A stretch of 64,000 nucleotides of DNA from Chlorokybus atmophyticus (Eukaryota > Plantae > Mesostigma and Chlorokybus algae), in assembly GCA_009103225.1 (NCBI GenBank), contig RHPI01002262.1, positions 1,002,585 to 1,066,584 of the forward strand, given 5' to 3'. The notes below the pieces were generated by a model. The model saw only the letters and a program-made list of their open reading frames with translations. It was not told the DNA's origin and ran no database searches. A program made the position numbers and the translations under genes. Position 1 is the first letter of the stretch. Each line of letters starts with the position of its first letter. Shown here in pieces: positions 35,727-47,758 of this stretch.

Positions 35727-36255
35727 TGTAACGGGAGCAATAATAATAGAGGTATTATTACTACCTAAATAACAATTCTTGTATGAATAAGTATTTAAAT
35801 ATGCTGATTTATACCTCTTTTTTACGGTTCCTCGCTGAGAAAAAGCTATGATGCTTTATCATAGCTTAAACAAGTCCCAATAGGTGTAGAACCGCTTATT
35901 CAAGCCTATTTAATGTCACATTTGATAGTATGTGGTCACTATCTCGTTCGTTCTGTACGATAGGTATCTTTCGATACGTACCTTATCGATAGGTACCTTA
36001 TCTAAGCTATAATTGGCTTACGCTAGATTTTCTAACTACCCTATCTGTAGGGTCGATGTCTAGTTGTGAGTTAATTATCAAGAGGTATACATATGATACA
36101 CTCTTGATATAAAAGGTCACATCAAACTGATGTGAGGGACTTTTTCAGTTCTCTGCTCGGTGGCAGCCACGCCGTTGAAAGGCTTGTCATAGGCGGTGTG
36201 GGTGTTGGGGTAGAGGATTGAAAGGGCATCATCCGGCGACGGTGGTGCTGCTACA
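35727..36255 (+). repeat. 5' LTR of element 3
   Basis: Aligns end to end with 42661-43199, with scattered substitutions and small indels. Confidence 0.93.
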
Positions 36256-36459
36256 TTGGTATCCAAAAGCTGGGGGGTGACGTGGGTACTTATAGGGGGC
36301 GGCAACCTGCTCTCGGCCAATCAGAAGGCGTCGGCGGCGGCCTTCTATTCGTCCACGCAGCCCAAGCTTCAAGTTAGCTTACCTGCGCTACCTCCACGTT
36401 AAAGCCACCCAAAAGGCGGCCTCTCCACATGTGAGGTACTATCACACACGTCAGTAACT

Positions 36460-36950
36460 AGCCTGCTTGCCAGGTGCTTGCCAGGTGCTCGTGTGTACTT
36501 TCATGCACATCATTCAGCGACTTGCCAGTGCATGAGTGCGGCTTGCTAGTGTGCCATCACTGCTTGTCACACTTAGTGCACTATCATTGCATGCGGTGAT
36601 TGCCTGTCATTGTGCTTGCCAGTGCATGTAACAGTTGGTCACTGTACGGCTTGCCTGTTACATGCCTGTGGCTTGCCTGTTGCATGCCTGTGACGTACCT
36701 GTGACCGGCCAGCTGCTTTTCCGGATTGCTTGACCCGAGTCCGTAAGTTTCGAACCAAGATGTTCTAAAACCCTCCCCCTCTGGCTTCGACTTGGAGATC
36801 GGGACTTGGTTAGGACAGTTTTGGGGAGGTTCTATGACATTCTGTTCCCAAACACTGTTTGTCTGAAACCCTCCCCCTCTGGCTTTGGCCTGGAGATTGG
36901 AACTTGGTCGAGGACAACACAAGGTTAGGACATTCTGGTCCCATTCAGAC
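36460..36950. repeat. Short tandem and ~100-bp direct repeats in the 5' leader of element 3
   Basis: TGCTTGCCAG and GCCTGT motifs; AAACCCTCCCCCTCTGGCTT...GGAGAT at ~36769 and ~36867. Confidence 0.7.
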
Positions 36951-37110
36951 TTGTTCTATTTGGTGACACTTCAGATCTAACCTTTCTTGTTTTAAAATTA
37001 ATTTGGACTCTGTTTGGGACTTTTACAACTTAGGGTCATATTTATCCTCTCGTTGAACCTTGTCCATTGGTGAGGTTCTCACCATTCCATTTTGCCTGTT
37101 TTGCAGACAA

Positions 37111-38302
37111 ATGGAAGAGAACTCGGTGCCCACCTCAAAGGGGGAAAGCTTGCAAAAATAGCAATTATCCCGTGAGGAGGAGTTTCCATCTATGGAGGAT
37201 ATTTTCAACCCGGATGATGCACCTGATAAGTCTCATGCTGCTAAGGATGTGAATGGCTTGGTGGAACCAGACGGGCCACCACTACCACCACCATCATTCG
37301 TGCAGCCTAAAATCTCAGTTTGCTTGACAAAACAGGAGTTGATGGACCACTTTCTTGGCACCTATGATGAGGCGCCTCGCGAGGCGATTGTCTTGCTCGT
37401 TAACTTCCCTAGCGGAAAAGATCTCAAAGCTCACCACCTTTATAGGGCGAGATTGGGAGGGATCGATGGGTGAAGGTCAACATGTTTTAAACATGATCGA
37501 GCGCCTTCAACGCTCTGATAGTGGTCCATCTGTTCAGGCGCTTGCTCGAAGTGCCGAGTTTGTTCCCAACAAACAAGCGGCAATTTTCAACTGGCTCGTA
37601 AAGCTGAGACACTATGTCAACTCCCTTCACATTTCAAAGGAGGGGAAGTTGCGTGTAGCTGAGTTTCTGATCTCAAATGATGCTCTGGCAGAGTGGTATT
37701 GCCGTAAGCAGCGGGATACGAACCTCGGGCGGGAAGTGAATCAGTTGTGCTCTTTCATGGAGCAGCGCTATGGTGGCGCAAATCCTGCCCAGGTTGCTCG
37801 CAACCAGCTGCACAATCTGCGTCAAAACGAGCGTCCGGTTTAGCAGTATATCCAGGATTTTTAGTCGTTTGTCAGCATGATCAATGCTGGCAAACTACCC
37901 ATCAGTGATGCTGGTCAGCTGGATATGTTCAGGCGTGGCTTGGACACAGATCGCGTGCAGCATGTGGCCGTCAACCCTGCGAGTTTGCAAGAGTGGGCCT
38001 CAACGGATTTACCAATGCTGATGCAGATGGTTGCTGCTGTGGACAGTGTGAAGCGCTCTCACGCAAACATGCAAACCACAGCAAAAGAGGCAACCCCGGT
38101 TTCAGCTGCAAAGCGCCCAGCCACTGACAACAAACCTTTTGTGAAAAAGGCGAAACATCTCAGCCTGCTGGCCCCTACAACGCGGCCAAATCCACCATCA
38201 CTTGCAACTTCTGCAGAAGACAGGTCATGGGGAGGCCAAGTACTATGCAAAGCAAAATGCACAGAAGGTCAAGCAACAGAAGGACAAGAAAGAAAGAAAT
38301 AG
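37111..38302 (+). pseudogene. gag: gag of element 3 (frameshifted)
   Basis: FNWLVKLRHYV...ISNDALAEW...ARNQLHNLRQ; degenerate knuckle CNFC.KTGH near 38200. Confidence 0.8.
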
Positions 38303-38311
38303 GAAATATCC

Positions 38312-38683
38312 GTGGTTGGTAGCTTAGTTGAGCAGAACGAATTTAAAAACTCTGTACTTTTTGATAAAGTTTCCTCTCTTTGTGATGTATCAGATCTATG
38401 GACTGATATAAGCACACTACCTGTGTTGACAAATGCAAACGGTTGTGTTTTAATCAATGTTCCATTCTCTGAATTGGTAACTGCGGTTAAGCACTTACAC
38501 GAGTTGCAATTACAACATGCTGTCACTGCATGTGTAGTTATCCCTCGATGTCATGGCCCGTGGTTGCAATTGTTGAAAGGGGGAGAAGTAATTATGCAAC
38601 TCTCACGCAAAGATACAGGAGCTTCATCGTTACAAGTGATTTTTATCAAGCCTGCTACCAATCACGGCATTAGCTACATTTAA
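38312..38683 (+). CDS. Extra pol-proximal domain resembling a degenerate N6-adenine methyltransferase fold
   Basis: CVLINVPFSELVTAVKHL...TACVVIPRCHGPWLQLLKG, lying between the gag end and protease; homologous segment at ~507-720 in element 1. Confidence 0.5.
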   Translation: MVGSLVEQNEFKNSVLFDKVSSLCDVSDLWTDISTLPVLTNANGCVLINVPFSELVTAVKHLHELQLQHAVTACVVIPRCHGPWLQLLKGGEVIMQLSRKDTGASSLQVIFIKPATNHGISYI

Positions 38684-38693
38684 TGGTCACTCA

Positions 38694-41600
38694 GTGCCAC
38701 TCAAATGGAGATTTGAGAGTCAACTTATGGGTACACCATGTACAGCATTGCTTGATACTGGTGCAAACCATATATTTGTTGAACATGCTTGGGTGACATG
38801 TAATAACATACCTTTCACACCAGTCACGTCGTATGTATGTGCTGCTGGTTCCACCCTTAATGCAATTGGGGAAGTGAAGGGGCGTTTTTGTATTAACAGC
38901 CACAAGACTCGACCAACTTTCATCGTGGTGGATGTAGGTATCCCCGGGGTGGATGTTGTTTTTGGTGAATAGTGGCACACCGAAGCAGGTTTGCAATTGG
39001 ACTCTCGAGCAAATACGTGCACCTTTCGTAAGGGTAAACGAAGGTGACCTTAATCGCACCTGTACTCGCACGTGTTGCTCGCAACAATGTTCCGCTCCTC
39101 TTCGCTATGCAACTGAAACGTTGCATGCGCAAACGTGAGAAAGTATATTTGATGCACTTACAACAGGTAGAGACACCTATCGAACAGGCCGTATCTGACC
39201 TTGTGGTGCAATCACTTATGGAACAATACGCAGATGTATTTCAGGATGAACTCCCGGAGTTGCCTCCTGATAAAAACATACATCATACCATTCCGTTGGA
39301 AGAGGGGGCAAAGCCACCTTGGCGGCCTATCTATAGGCTGAGTCCCTTAGAATACGCGGAAATGGAAAAACAGCTCGAAGAGTTATTGGACAAAGGTTTA
39401 ATAACAAAGAGCATATCTCCTTTTGGTGCACCAATTTTGTTTGTGCCCAAAAAATGTGGCAAGCTACGCATGTGTATTGATTACCGTGTGTTGAACAAAG
39501 TAACTGTGAAAAATAGATACCCTTCGCCTCGGATTGATGATTTGTTTGAGAAGCTGTCAGGTGCAACAGTGTTCAGCACACTGGATTTGTCCAGTGGTTA
39601 TCATTAAATCAAAATACACCCGTCGGATATATGGAAAACTGCATTTCGCACCCCACTAGGACACTTTGACTATGTTACCATTTAGGTTAACAGATGCACC
39701 GGCTACATTTCAGACAGCAATAAACGCGGCATTTGTTGATGAACTGTACAAGTTTGTCTTGGTATATCTTGACGACATTATTGTGTTTAGCAAAACCCGA
39801 GAGGACCACCACAGGCATGTGGAATTGGTTCTAGCTAAGTTACGCGAACACAACTTCTATGCCAACCTGTTCAAATGCAACTTTGCAAAGGATGAACTAC
39901 CCTTTTTGGGCATATGATTGGCAAAGAAAGATTGAAACTAGATCTTCAAAAGGTGTGTGCGGTGAAGGATTGGCCACCACCCAAAGATGTACATCAGTTA
40001 CGTGCTTTCTCGGGGCTAGCCAATTATTTCCGCAAGTTCATGCTAGCATATTCTAGCATGGCAAATCCTGTAACATCTTTATCAAGAAAGGATGTTAAAT
40101 TTGTGTGGACGGAGGCACACGAGGTTGCTTTTACACGGATTAAAGATGCATTAACACAAGCCCCTGTGTTAGCCTTCCCCGACCACACCAAGCCTTTTGC
40201 GGTGATCAGTGATGCTTCCACCATTGGGTGTGGGGCAGTCCTGCTACAGGATGACAGACCATGTGCATACAAAAGCAGAAAGTTCATTCCTGCTGAACGT
40301 ACTTACACAACCACTGAGCAGGAATTGCTCGGGGTGGTGCACGCGCTGCGCACATGACGTTGCTACTTAGCAGGTGTGGAGTTTTCAGTAATTACTGATC
40401 GCAACCCGCTCACATTCTTTCATACGCAACAAAACCTGTCGAGGCGGCAAGCTAGGTGGAATGAATTCATTTCTCGTTTCACTTTCACTTAGCAATACCG
40501 TCCGGGTCGCACCAATGTGGCGGATCCATTAAACGTAGCCCTGCTCTTTTTGCACTTAGGCGCTCTCGAAGTACGCGTAATGTACAACAGCCTAAAGATC
40601 CTTTCCTAAAGGAAGTGTCCCCAAGTTATAATTCAGATGATTGGTTTAGCAGTCAAACCAACTTGCAACAGCTTACTGCTGTTAGCAATCTGTGATATAA
40701 AGGGGAGCGGTTGGCAATCCCCAATTGGGCGACTTGCAAAAGTAATGCTTACATTCAATGCATGACCCGTTGTATGCTGGGCATTTGGGGAAACACAAAA
40801 CACTCAAAGCTGCGCAACAGTTATACTGGTGGTCGTCAATGTCAGCTGATGTGGATAAATATGTGCGCACATGTGACGTGTGTCAACATAATAAGCCACT
40901 ACAACAAAAAAAGCGGGATTGCTTAAACCATTGGTAATTCCAGAACAAAAGTGGGATAGTGTTGGTATGGATTTGATTACTGACCTACCTGACACAGCAG
41001 CTAAATACACTGCTATTGTGGTTTTTGTCGACCGTTTGACGAAAATGGTGCATTTTGCCTCGTGTTGCACAACCGTGAGTGCACGAGACTTAGCACATTT
41101 ACTTGTGTCCACGGTCTTTCGAGTTCACGGTGTACCGCGTGAGCTTATCACAGATCGTGATCCTCGGTTTATTTCCAAGTTGTGGAGAGAAGTCTATGAA
41201 TTGTTGGGGGTAAAACAGAGCATGTCAACTGCTTTCCACCCGCAAACGGATGGTCAAACTGAGCGAGCAAATTAAATACTGGAAGAAATGCTTCGCCACC
41301 GTGTGGCTCGTAACCATGCTGATTATGACAGGTACTTGCCAATGGCAGTGTACGCTGTGAGCAACGCGTGGCAGGAAAGTGTAAAGGAAACCCCATTTTT
41401 CTTAAGTATGGGATTCGCCCTAACACACCAGCGTCATTGCGTGTACCTCGCAATGCCCTGACTGTACCAGCGGCAAAAGAATTTGCCACTGATATGCAAG
41501 AAAATTTAGCTCGAGCCAAGCTATGTCTGTCAGAAGCACAGGGCAAGCAAAAAGCTTATGCCGATACACATCGAAGAATGGCCACTTTCGATGTCGGCGA

Positions 41601-42493
41601 TAAAGTTTTGCTTAACGCAAAGAACATAACCATCCAAGGTACGGGTGCTCACAAGTTGTTGCCCCGATGGTTAGGTCCTTTCTTTATCATTGATAGAGTT
41701 GGTACGCACGCTTATCGACTGCAATTGCCCCCAAGTGATATGAGTTCATGAAGCGCATGAAATGCGCGCCCATGAACTCAAGAACTCGTTAATGAGTTAT
41801 GAGACTCTTGTGCCCCTAGTGCCTTGGGCACTTGGGGGCACAAGCACTCACCAGATGTGAGTTGTGAGTCACAAGCTCCTTATCTGGTCGCTTGAAACCC
41901 TAGCGCGGCGGCGCCATCCTTGGCGAGGGTGGCGAGTGTGGTATACTTTGCAGGTGTACAGGCTTCTCAAGCTTCAACCTCAACGTCGGCAGCACTGGCG
42001 CCATCAACGAGTTGAAGACCGACGAAGCGCGTGACTTTCGCACCTGGCGTGAAGAAGTAGTTCCCGTAGTTGTAGCCTAGCGCCCTAGTGCAGACTTGTG
42101 TATAGATCAGCCTATATCTGTACACTTGTACATTTGTATTGTAATGCACTTGGGTGCTGGGCATAGCCACCGTGCTATCGACCCATAGCGACCCCCCAGC
42201 ATGAGCTGTGTGTCGCATATAACTCGTGTGTGAGTTTGCGTATACACAACGTGTTTCATGTGAACTTGTTGAAACCTTACCACTTAGACGGTAAAACACA
42301 GCCTCCACCACCGCCAGTTGAGGTGGACAGCGAGCTCGAATATGAGGTGGAAGCTATATTGAACCATAAGCTAAATAGTCGAGGACGCGCAACTCGTTAT
42401 TTGGTAAAATGGAAAGGATATGGCCCAGAACATAACAGTTGGGAGCCCGACAGGCATCTTACGCACTGCCGCGAGTTGCTTCGAGCTTATTAG
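38694..42493 (+). pseudogene. pol: Broken pol of element 3 (protease, RT, RNase H, integrase, chromodomain)
   Basis: ORFs 38694, 39044, 39666 (VYLDDII), 39914 (SDASTIGCGAVL), 40919 (FHPQTDGQTER), 41368, 42230. Confidence 0.95.
41738..42236 (+). mobile_element. 499-bp solo split-repeat unit (A 41738-41942 + spacer + B) in the integrase C-terminus of element 3
   Basis: Starts ATATGAG, ends GTGTGTGAGTT; removal restores CCA AGT G|TG CGT ATA CAC (LPPSVRIHNVFHV) with no TSD. Confidence 0.92.
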
Positions 42494-42660
42494 AATTCAC
42501 GTCCTTCCCATAAACTGTGGGCTTGGTATTATGACAGACTGGCAGTGCAGTTTCATTACCACCCTGTCATTTCCTGCTATCTCAATGGTTACAATTACTC
42601 GAAATCAAGCCTGATTAACTGGGGTTCAACGAGGACGTTGGAAACCCAAGTGGGGGGGAA

Positions 42661-43199
42661 TGTAACGGGAGCAATAATAATAGGGGTATAAGTGCTACCT
42701 AAATAACACATTTTGTATGAATAAGTATTTAAATATGCTTATTTACACCTCTTTTCTACGGTTCCTCGCTTATTAAAGGCTATGATGCTTTATCATAGCT
42801 TAAATAAGTCCCAATGGGTGTAAAACCGCTTAGTCAAGCCTATTTAATGTCACATCTGATGTAATGTGGTCACTATCTCGTTAGGTACCTTACGATAGGT
42901 ATCTTTTGATAGGTACCTTATCGATAGGTACCTTATCTGAGCTGTGATTGGCTCACGCTAGATTTCCTAACTACCCTATCTGTAGGGTCGATGTCTAGTT
43001 GTGAGTTAATTATCAAGAGGTATATATTTGATATACTCTTGATATAAAGGGTCACATCAAACTGATGTGAGGGACTTTCAGTTCTCTGCTCAGTAGCGGC
43101 CACGCCGTTGAGCAGAGAACTGAAAGGCTTGTCATAGGCAGTGTGGGTGTTGTGGTAGAGGATTAAAGGGGCATCACCGGCGACGGTGGTGCTGTTACA
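42661..43199 (+). repeat. 3' LTR of element 3, rich in stem-loops
   Basis: Follows PPT; contains an 18-bp perfect inverted repeat 43075-43092 / 43109-43126. Confidence 0.93.
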
Positions 43200-43882
43200 C
43201 ACACTCTGGTATAGCATTATCACGGTATAGAACTCGGTGTTGGTTTATAGCATACTTTGCCATCGAAGGAGTCGTTAAAGGCACCTGAGCAAGGTCAGGC
43301 GTGGCGTGGTGGAACCTAATGCAACAACTATGAGGGGCAAACAAGGAGTATTGAACTTTGCAGCCCTACAGGCAGTATTGGAACCTTGTAGTCCTGCTGG
43401 CAACACGAGGAAAAGAATGGTTAATAGAGACAAGCATCATGTGCGTGGGAGTGTTGAACGGAGTAAGTTAATGTGGGTAAGCTTGCAAGGAGAACTTGGA
43501 GTTCAAGGTCAAGCTGCTTGCATGGGAGTGTTAAAGGTTATATGTTGTTGAAGGTACATGTAGTTGGTACGATCGGCTTAACCTTAATAGTTACGGGAGT
43601 TATGAGAGTTACAAGAACTCAGCAATTATAATCATCAATCGCCATTATGGTCAACCATGGTCAACATTTAATTTGACCGTTGATTAGTGTTAACTAGTGT
43701 TGACTTTAATTGGAGTTGACTAGTGCTTAGTAGCGCAGTATATAAGACATTATATATTGCTTAAAACAGTGGGTCGCGTATTGTCTCTGTGGTTGGCGTG
43801 CTTGCTGCACTTGTCACTAGTGTGCACACTTGTATATGAGAGGCGCATACACACACACTAGGCGCATCACTAGTTCTCAACA
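43200..43882 (+). mobile_element. 3' fragment of the Copia-type family (3' internal region, PPT, LTR 43529-43882)
   Basis: Reverse complement of 31317-32030; GGGAG|TGTTAAAGG...TTCTCAACA. Confidence 0.85.
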
Positions 43883-44434
43883 GTATACATTGCACTCTCT
43901 CAAATGTAGATGTCTTAATAACTGGGGCGGCGAAGTGATGCAGTCACATCAAGCCACAACCTCCAAGAGCAAGTTTAGAGCACTCCGAAGATCAATGTTT
44001 GTACTTCTTAATTCCCAAGTCCTCAATTCTCACTTACAGTGTCATCAACGTACAGGGATTAAGTTCTAAGTTTTTATAAAGAAGTGACAATTGTTTAATT
44101 ATAAGATAAGGGCTAGTTTACGAAATGACCTGTGTAAAGCCTAAGTAAAACTCACAACGGATCAGCTAGTACGGCTATACAAGATGCCCACGAAAATTAA
44201 CTCACAATTGCTTGGTGTCGCGCGGGACTCATGCCGGTTGCCGGTGTCGATGCCTGGCTATAGGCATAGCTAGTTAAATGCCTCCCGATGCTGGAGCACG
44301 AGAATGGTATTTGACTATAGGCATCAACGAGAAAGTTGGCCCCTTTTAGACCGTTGGCGTGACATAGCGTCATGCGGTTTAATGCACAATAGCGAGCCCC
44401 ACAATACGTGCATACTACCCTCAAGCCGTAGAAC

Positions 44435-44510
44435 GCACGTCGCCGAGGCGACGTGCTTCCGCCCGTGCAATGCCTGGCGAGCGGACGGGCGTGCTAGAAA
44501 GCCCGTCCGC
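44435..44510. other. Two perfect 10-bp GC-rich stem-loops
   Basis: GCACGTCGCC-GA-GGCGACGTGC (44435-44456) and GCGGACGGGC-10 nt-GCCCGTCCGC (44481-44510). Confidence 0.85.
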
Positions 44511-47418
44511 CCGCCACCTCTACCACTTTTAACTGTGCAAAACGCACCCGCTGCAACAATGGAAGGGACGAGTTATGGGAGTCCCTTTGGGTTTATCGCA
44601 TTTTTGGCCAGCAAGAGATTTTATACATATCATATATGATCTGCGTTTTTATATGTTGTTGAGGTAATATATCAGATGCAGAGGTATGATTGAAACACAT
44701 GATGTAATATGTACATCAACGTATGTCGTAACCTGCCTATTAGAGTGATAGGACTCTTATACCACAGTTAAGGATATAATGCGACAATAAATATTTACTA
44801 TTGCATTCTCTCATTCATGTATGATCGCCTTTTTGTCTTAAGCTAAGCCTTATGATGACATTTCTCCAACGGTAGACTTATAATTATAACCTGTCTGAGG
44901 AAGGCCCTTCCTTTGTGTTGCGCATGCATGCTGAAATTGCTTGTTGCTGCAGCAATAGTGGTAGCATGCAATTGCGTGTACAACTTTAAACCCTACAATA
45001 TGTACAAGCTAACCTCAAGCCGTTAAAGGCTCGCTGCCATGACGTCATTGTTCCGCGCTTTTGCTCGCTCAGCGCTAGTTGTTAGGCCGCCGCCACCACC
45101 GCCGCTAGTAGTGCAGTCGCAGCTGTTGGACAACAACAAAGACAAGCTATGGCATTTCTTGTACATTCATGCCGCTTGCATCTCTCAATTTACTATTATT
45201 TTGACGACTTTTGTGGAGAACAATTGGAGGGTGCAATCTGTCATCCATGGATGATGCGCCTGCCAAGATTGATGACATATCCCATCCTAAAAAATCGATC
45301 TTGTGGGCCGGCTCGCCACCGGTGTTGACCAGCAACAATGCGGCACATTGTTGTTTGCATCGATGTGTTAAGTTATAGAGTGCGGCACCAGATATGCTCA
45401 CCAATGCTGCCTGTTGTGTGTTGTTGAAGCCACGTGTTGCATACACATTTGGATGTGATATAATTGTTTGCTGTTCAAACTTATTGCTAATCGACAATGG
45501 TGGAAGACAGGGTAATACTCCTACAGTACAAGGTGTTATTAATCTACTGTATTGCATAATAGATGAAATGTTACAAACCAAACCCTCAAAGAGTATTCAT
45601 TATAATGTGTATTCGCTCTTTTACATGATATCGAGCATATCAAGTAATACACAAAAGTGTATTTTTTATGATGTTATATCGATAGTTACGCTGCATGTGC
45701 ACACATGTGGTAAGCAGTACAATCACCATATGCATAATAAAAAAACATGTCTTTTGCAGCGACGAATTCATTTATTCTGAATCATGCGACAATGTGCGAT
45801 TATTCGTGGGTGTTGACCATTTACGTGGTTACGAGTAGTATTATATTACCTTGTCAACCGGCTGTAGTCTCCTCCTTGAATGCAGTGCAAATTATTTGCT
45901 CCTCCAATGTTGTGCCGCCATGCTTAACAAAAATTGCCAAGGCTACCACTTTTAGCTAGGTAAAGCTGTTCTTGTGCCGCACAAAGGTAAATTGGCTTAT
46001 GCATGCAATTGATGGGTGATGGTTTGAATGTTAGAGCATGATGTCAAATGACATATACACACATGTTGCACACTATTATGTATATATACATTGCATAAGA
46101 GAGACATCCACTTTCCTACATGTCGTAAATTAAATTTGCATTTATCTTCAACCTCTTTTTAGAGAATGGTCGCTATGGATATTTGCTCGAATCGCATGCT
46201 GCAAGCATATCGCTCAAATGTTTTGCTAACATGTTAGCGTTTTTTTGATTGTTATTGCATACTGTTGTACTGATATAATGCAAGCAGTCTGGTGAGGCCG
46301 ATGCACGGAACCACACAAGTTGTAACAGCGGCATCTCAATTACTGAACAATGGCAAAAGTTGCTGTCATAGAACGAGCCACATGCCATTATGAAATGTCC
46401 CATAAGTATATACATGACACAAGCGATGTATAAAGAATATTCGTTTTACAATTGAACGTACATGCAAGTGTCACATTGGCATAATCATCGCATCATAATC
46501 GAACCGCTATTGAACATTCACCTACATCCATCGGGCAGCAGTGAGCTTGCATAGGATGTAGAAAACGAGCAAGGAGTAGCGGCCGCAACTTGAACAAAAT
46601 GCAAGCATGGTAGGCAGGTAGGGAACAGCAACATGCAACGGTAAAGGTGATTAAAGCCCCCCCTGGTGTACTTCTCAAGCACAGCGCCACTTGTTGAGAA
46701 CGGCAAAGTGTGGGCAATAGTGATTATGGCGCCGTCGACATTAGTGCTTGGAATTGCATGCCTCTACCAATTGTGAACATATTACAAACGGTAAACAACT
46801 TCATAGGCATACAAGACTAACATACGAGCATACGATTACGGGCTCTTACCTGTGCCTTGTACAATGCATGGGCATTCTTATGCTACCATGCATTCATGTA
46901 CAAGTGCGCATGAGACTCATGCTCCCCCTAGTCTCATATGACGTACAATGAGATGGTACAATGCATTATATCAGATGATACAAATGCTTGGTTGAGAGGC
47001 TATACACATCTGCTGTTCGGCACATCTTCCCTGCAAATTTGCTAGAAGATGGTGTTGACTGTAGTAGCCCTGCTTGGACAAGTACATGCACACAATGCGT
47101 ATATAATGCATGTACATACGATGTATGTATGTGTGTATACGTGATGCACATACATGCAAGGCACCCGCTGGGAACAGTTCCCGTGTGGCACATACACAAA
47201 ATGCGTTGACATCCATACGTATATTATATTATGGGCATTATCAATGATAATGATAATGATAATGCCTATAATATAATATACAATGACAAAATGCCTCGTC
47301 TATGTGTAACCTGCAACTGTAAAAGTGTGGCTTGCTCATTGGGTACGAAAGGTAATCATTTGCTTACAAGCGTTTCATAATGGGATGCGCAAACCATTCA
47401 TTGAACGAATGCATTGTG

Positions 47419-47758
47419 TATTCAAGGTTATGGATTGTTGAAGGTACATGTACAGGCGGCGCCTACATGTAGTTGGTACGATCAGCTTAACCTTAATAGT
47501 TACGGGAGTTACGGAAACTACGGCAATTATGGTCAACCGCCGTTATCATGATGGTCAACCATGCTCAATTTTAAATTTGACCATTGACTTAACCGTTAAT
47601 TAGTGTTGACTAGAGTTGATTAGTAGCATATTATATAAGACACTGCATACCTCTTACTACAGTGGGTCGCACATTGTCTCTGTAGTTGGCATGCTTGCTG
47701 CACTTGTCCTTGGTGTGTGCACACTCGTATGTGAGAGGTGCATCACTAGTTTTCAACA
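47419..47758 (+). mobile_element. Copia-family solo LTR
   Basis: Aligns to 43529-43882; flanked by TTGTG / TCGTG (5-bp TSD with one C/T difference). Confidence 0.85.

Larger units (their letters stand above)
35727..43199 (+). mobile_element. Full-length Ty3/gypsy chromovirus (element 3), degenerate
   Basis: LTRs 35727-36255 and 42661-43199 (TGTAAC...TACA); PBS-like TTGGTATCC at 36256; PPT AAGTGGGGGGGAA; gag, MT-like segment, protease LLDTGANH, RT, RH, integrase, chromodomain (YLVKWKGYGPEHNSWEP). Confidence 0.96.

Noticed and set aside
41967-42311. Conserved small ORF (...YNYGNYF.TPGAKVTRFVGLQL.DGASAADVEVEA) shared with 16451..16702
   Set aside because: Shared only because both lie in the same non-coding solo unit; it runs across the element boundary and is deleted in the full-length copy.
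45039-45780. ORFs 45147..45581 (-) and 45394..45780 (+) as a host gene
   Set aside because: No recognisable motif or consistent exon chain; left unannotated.
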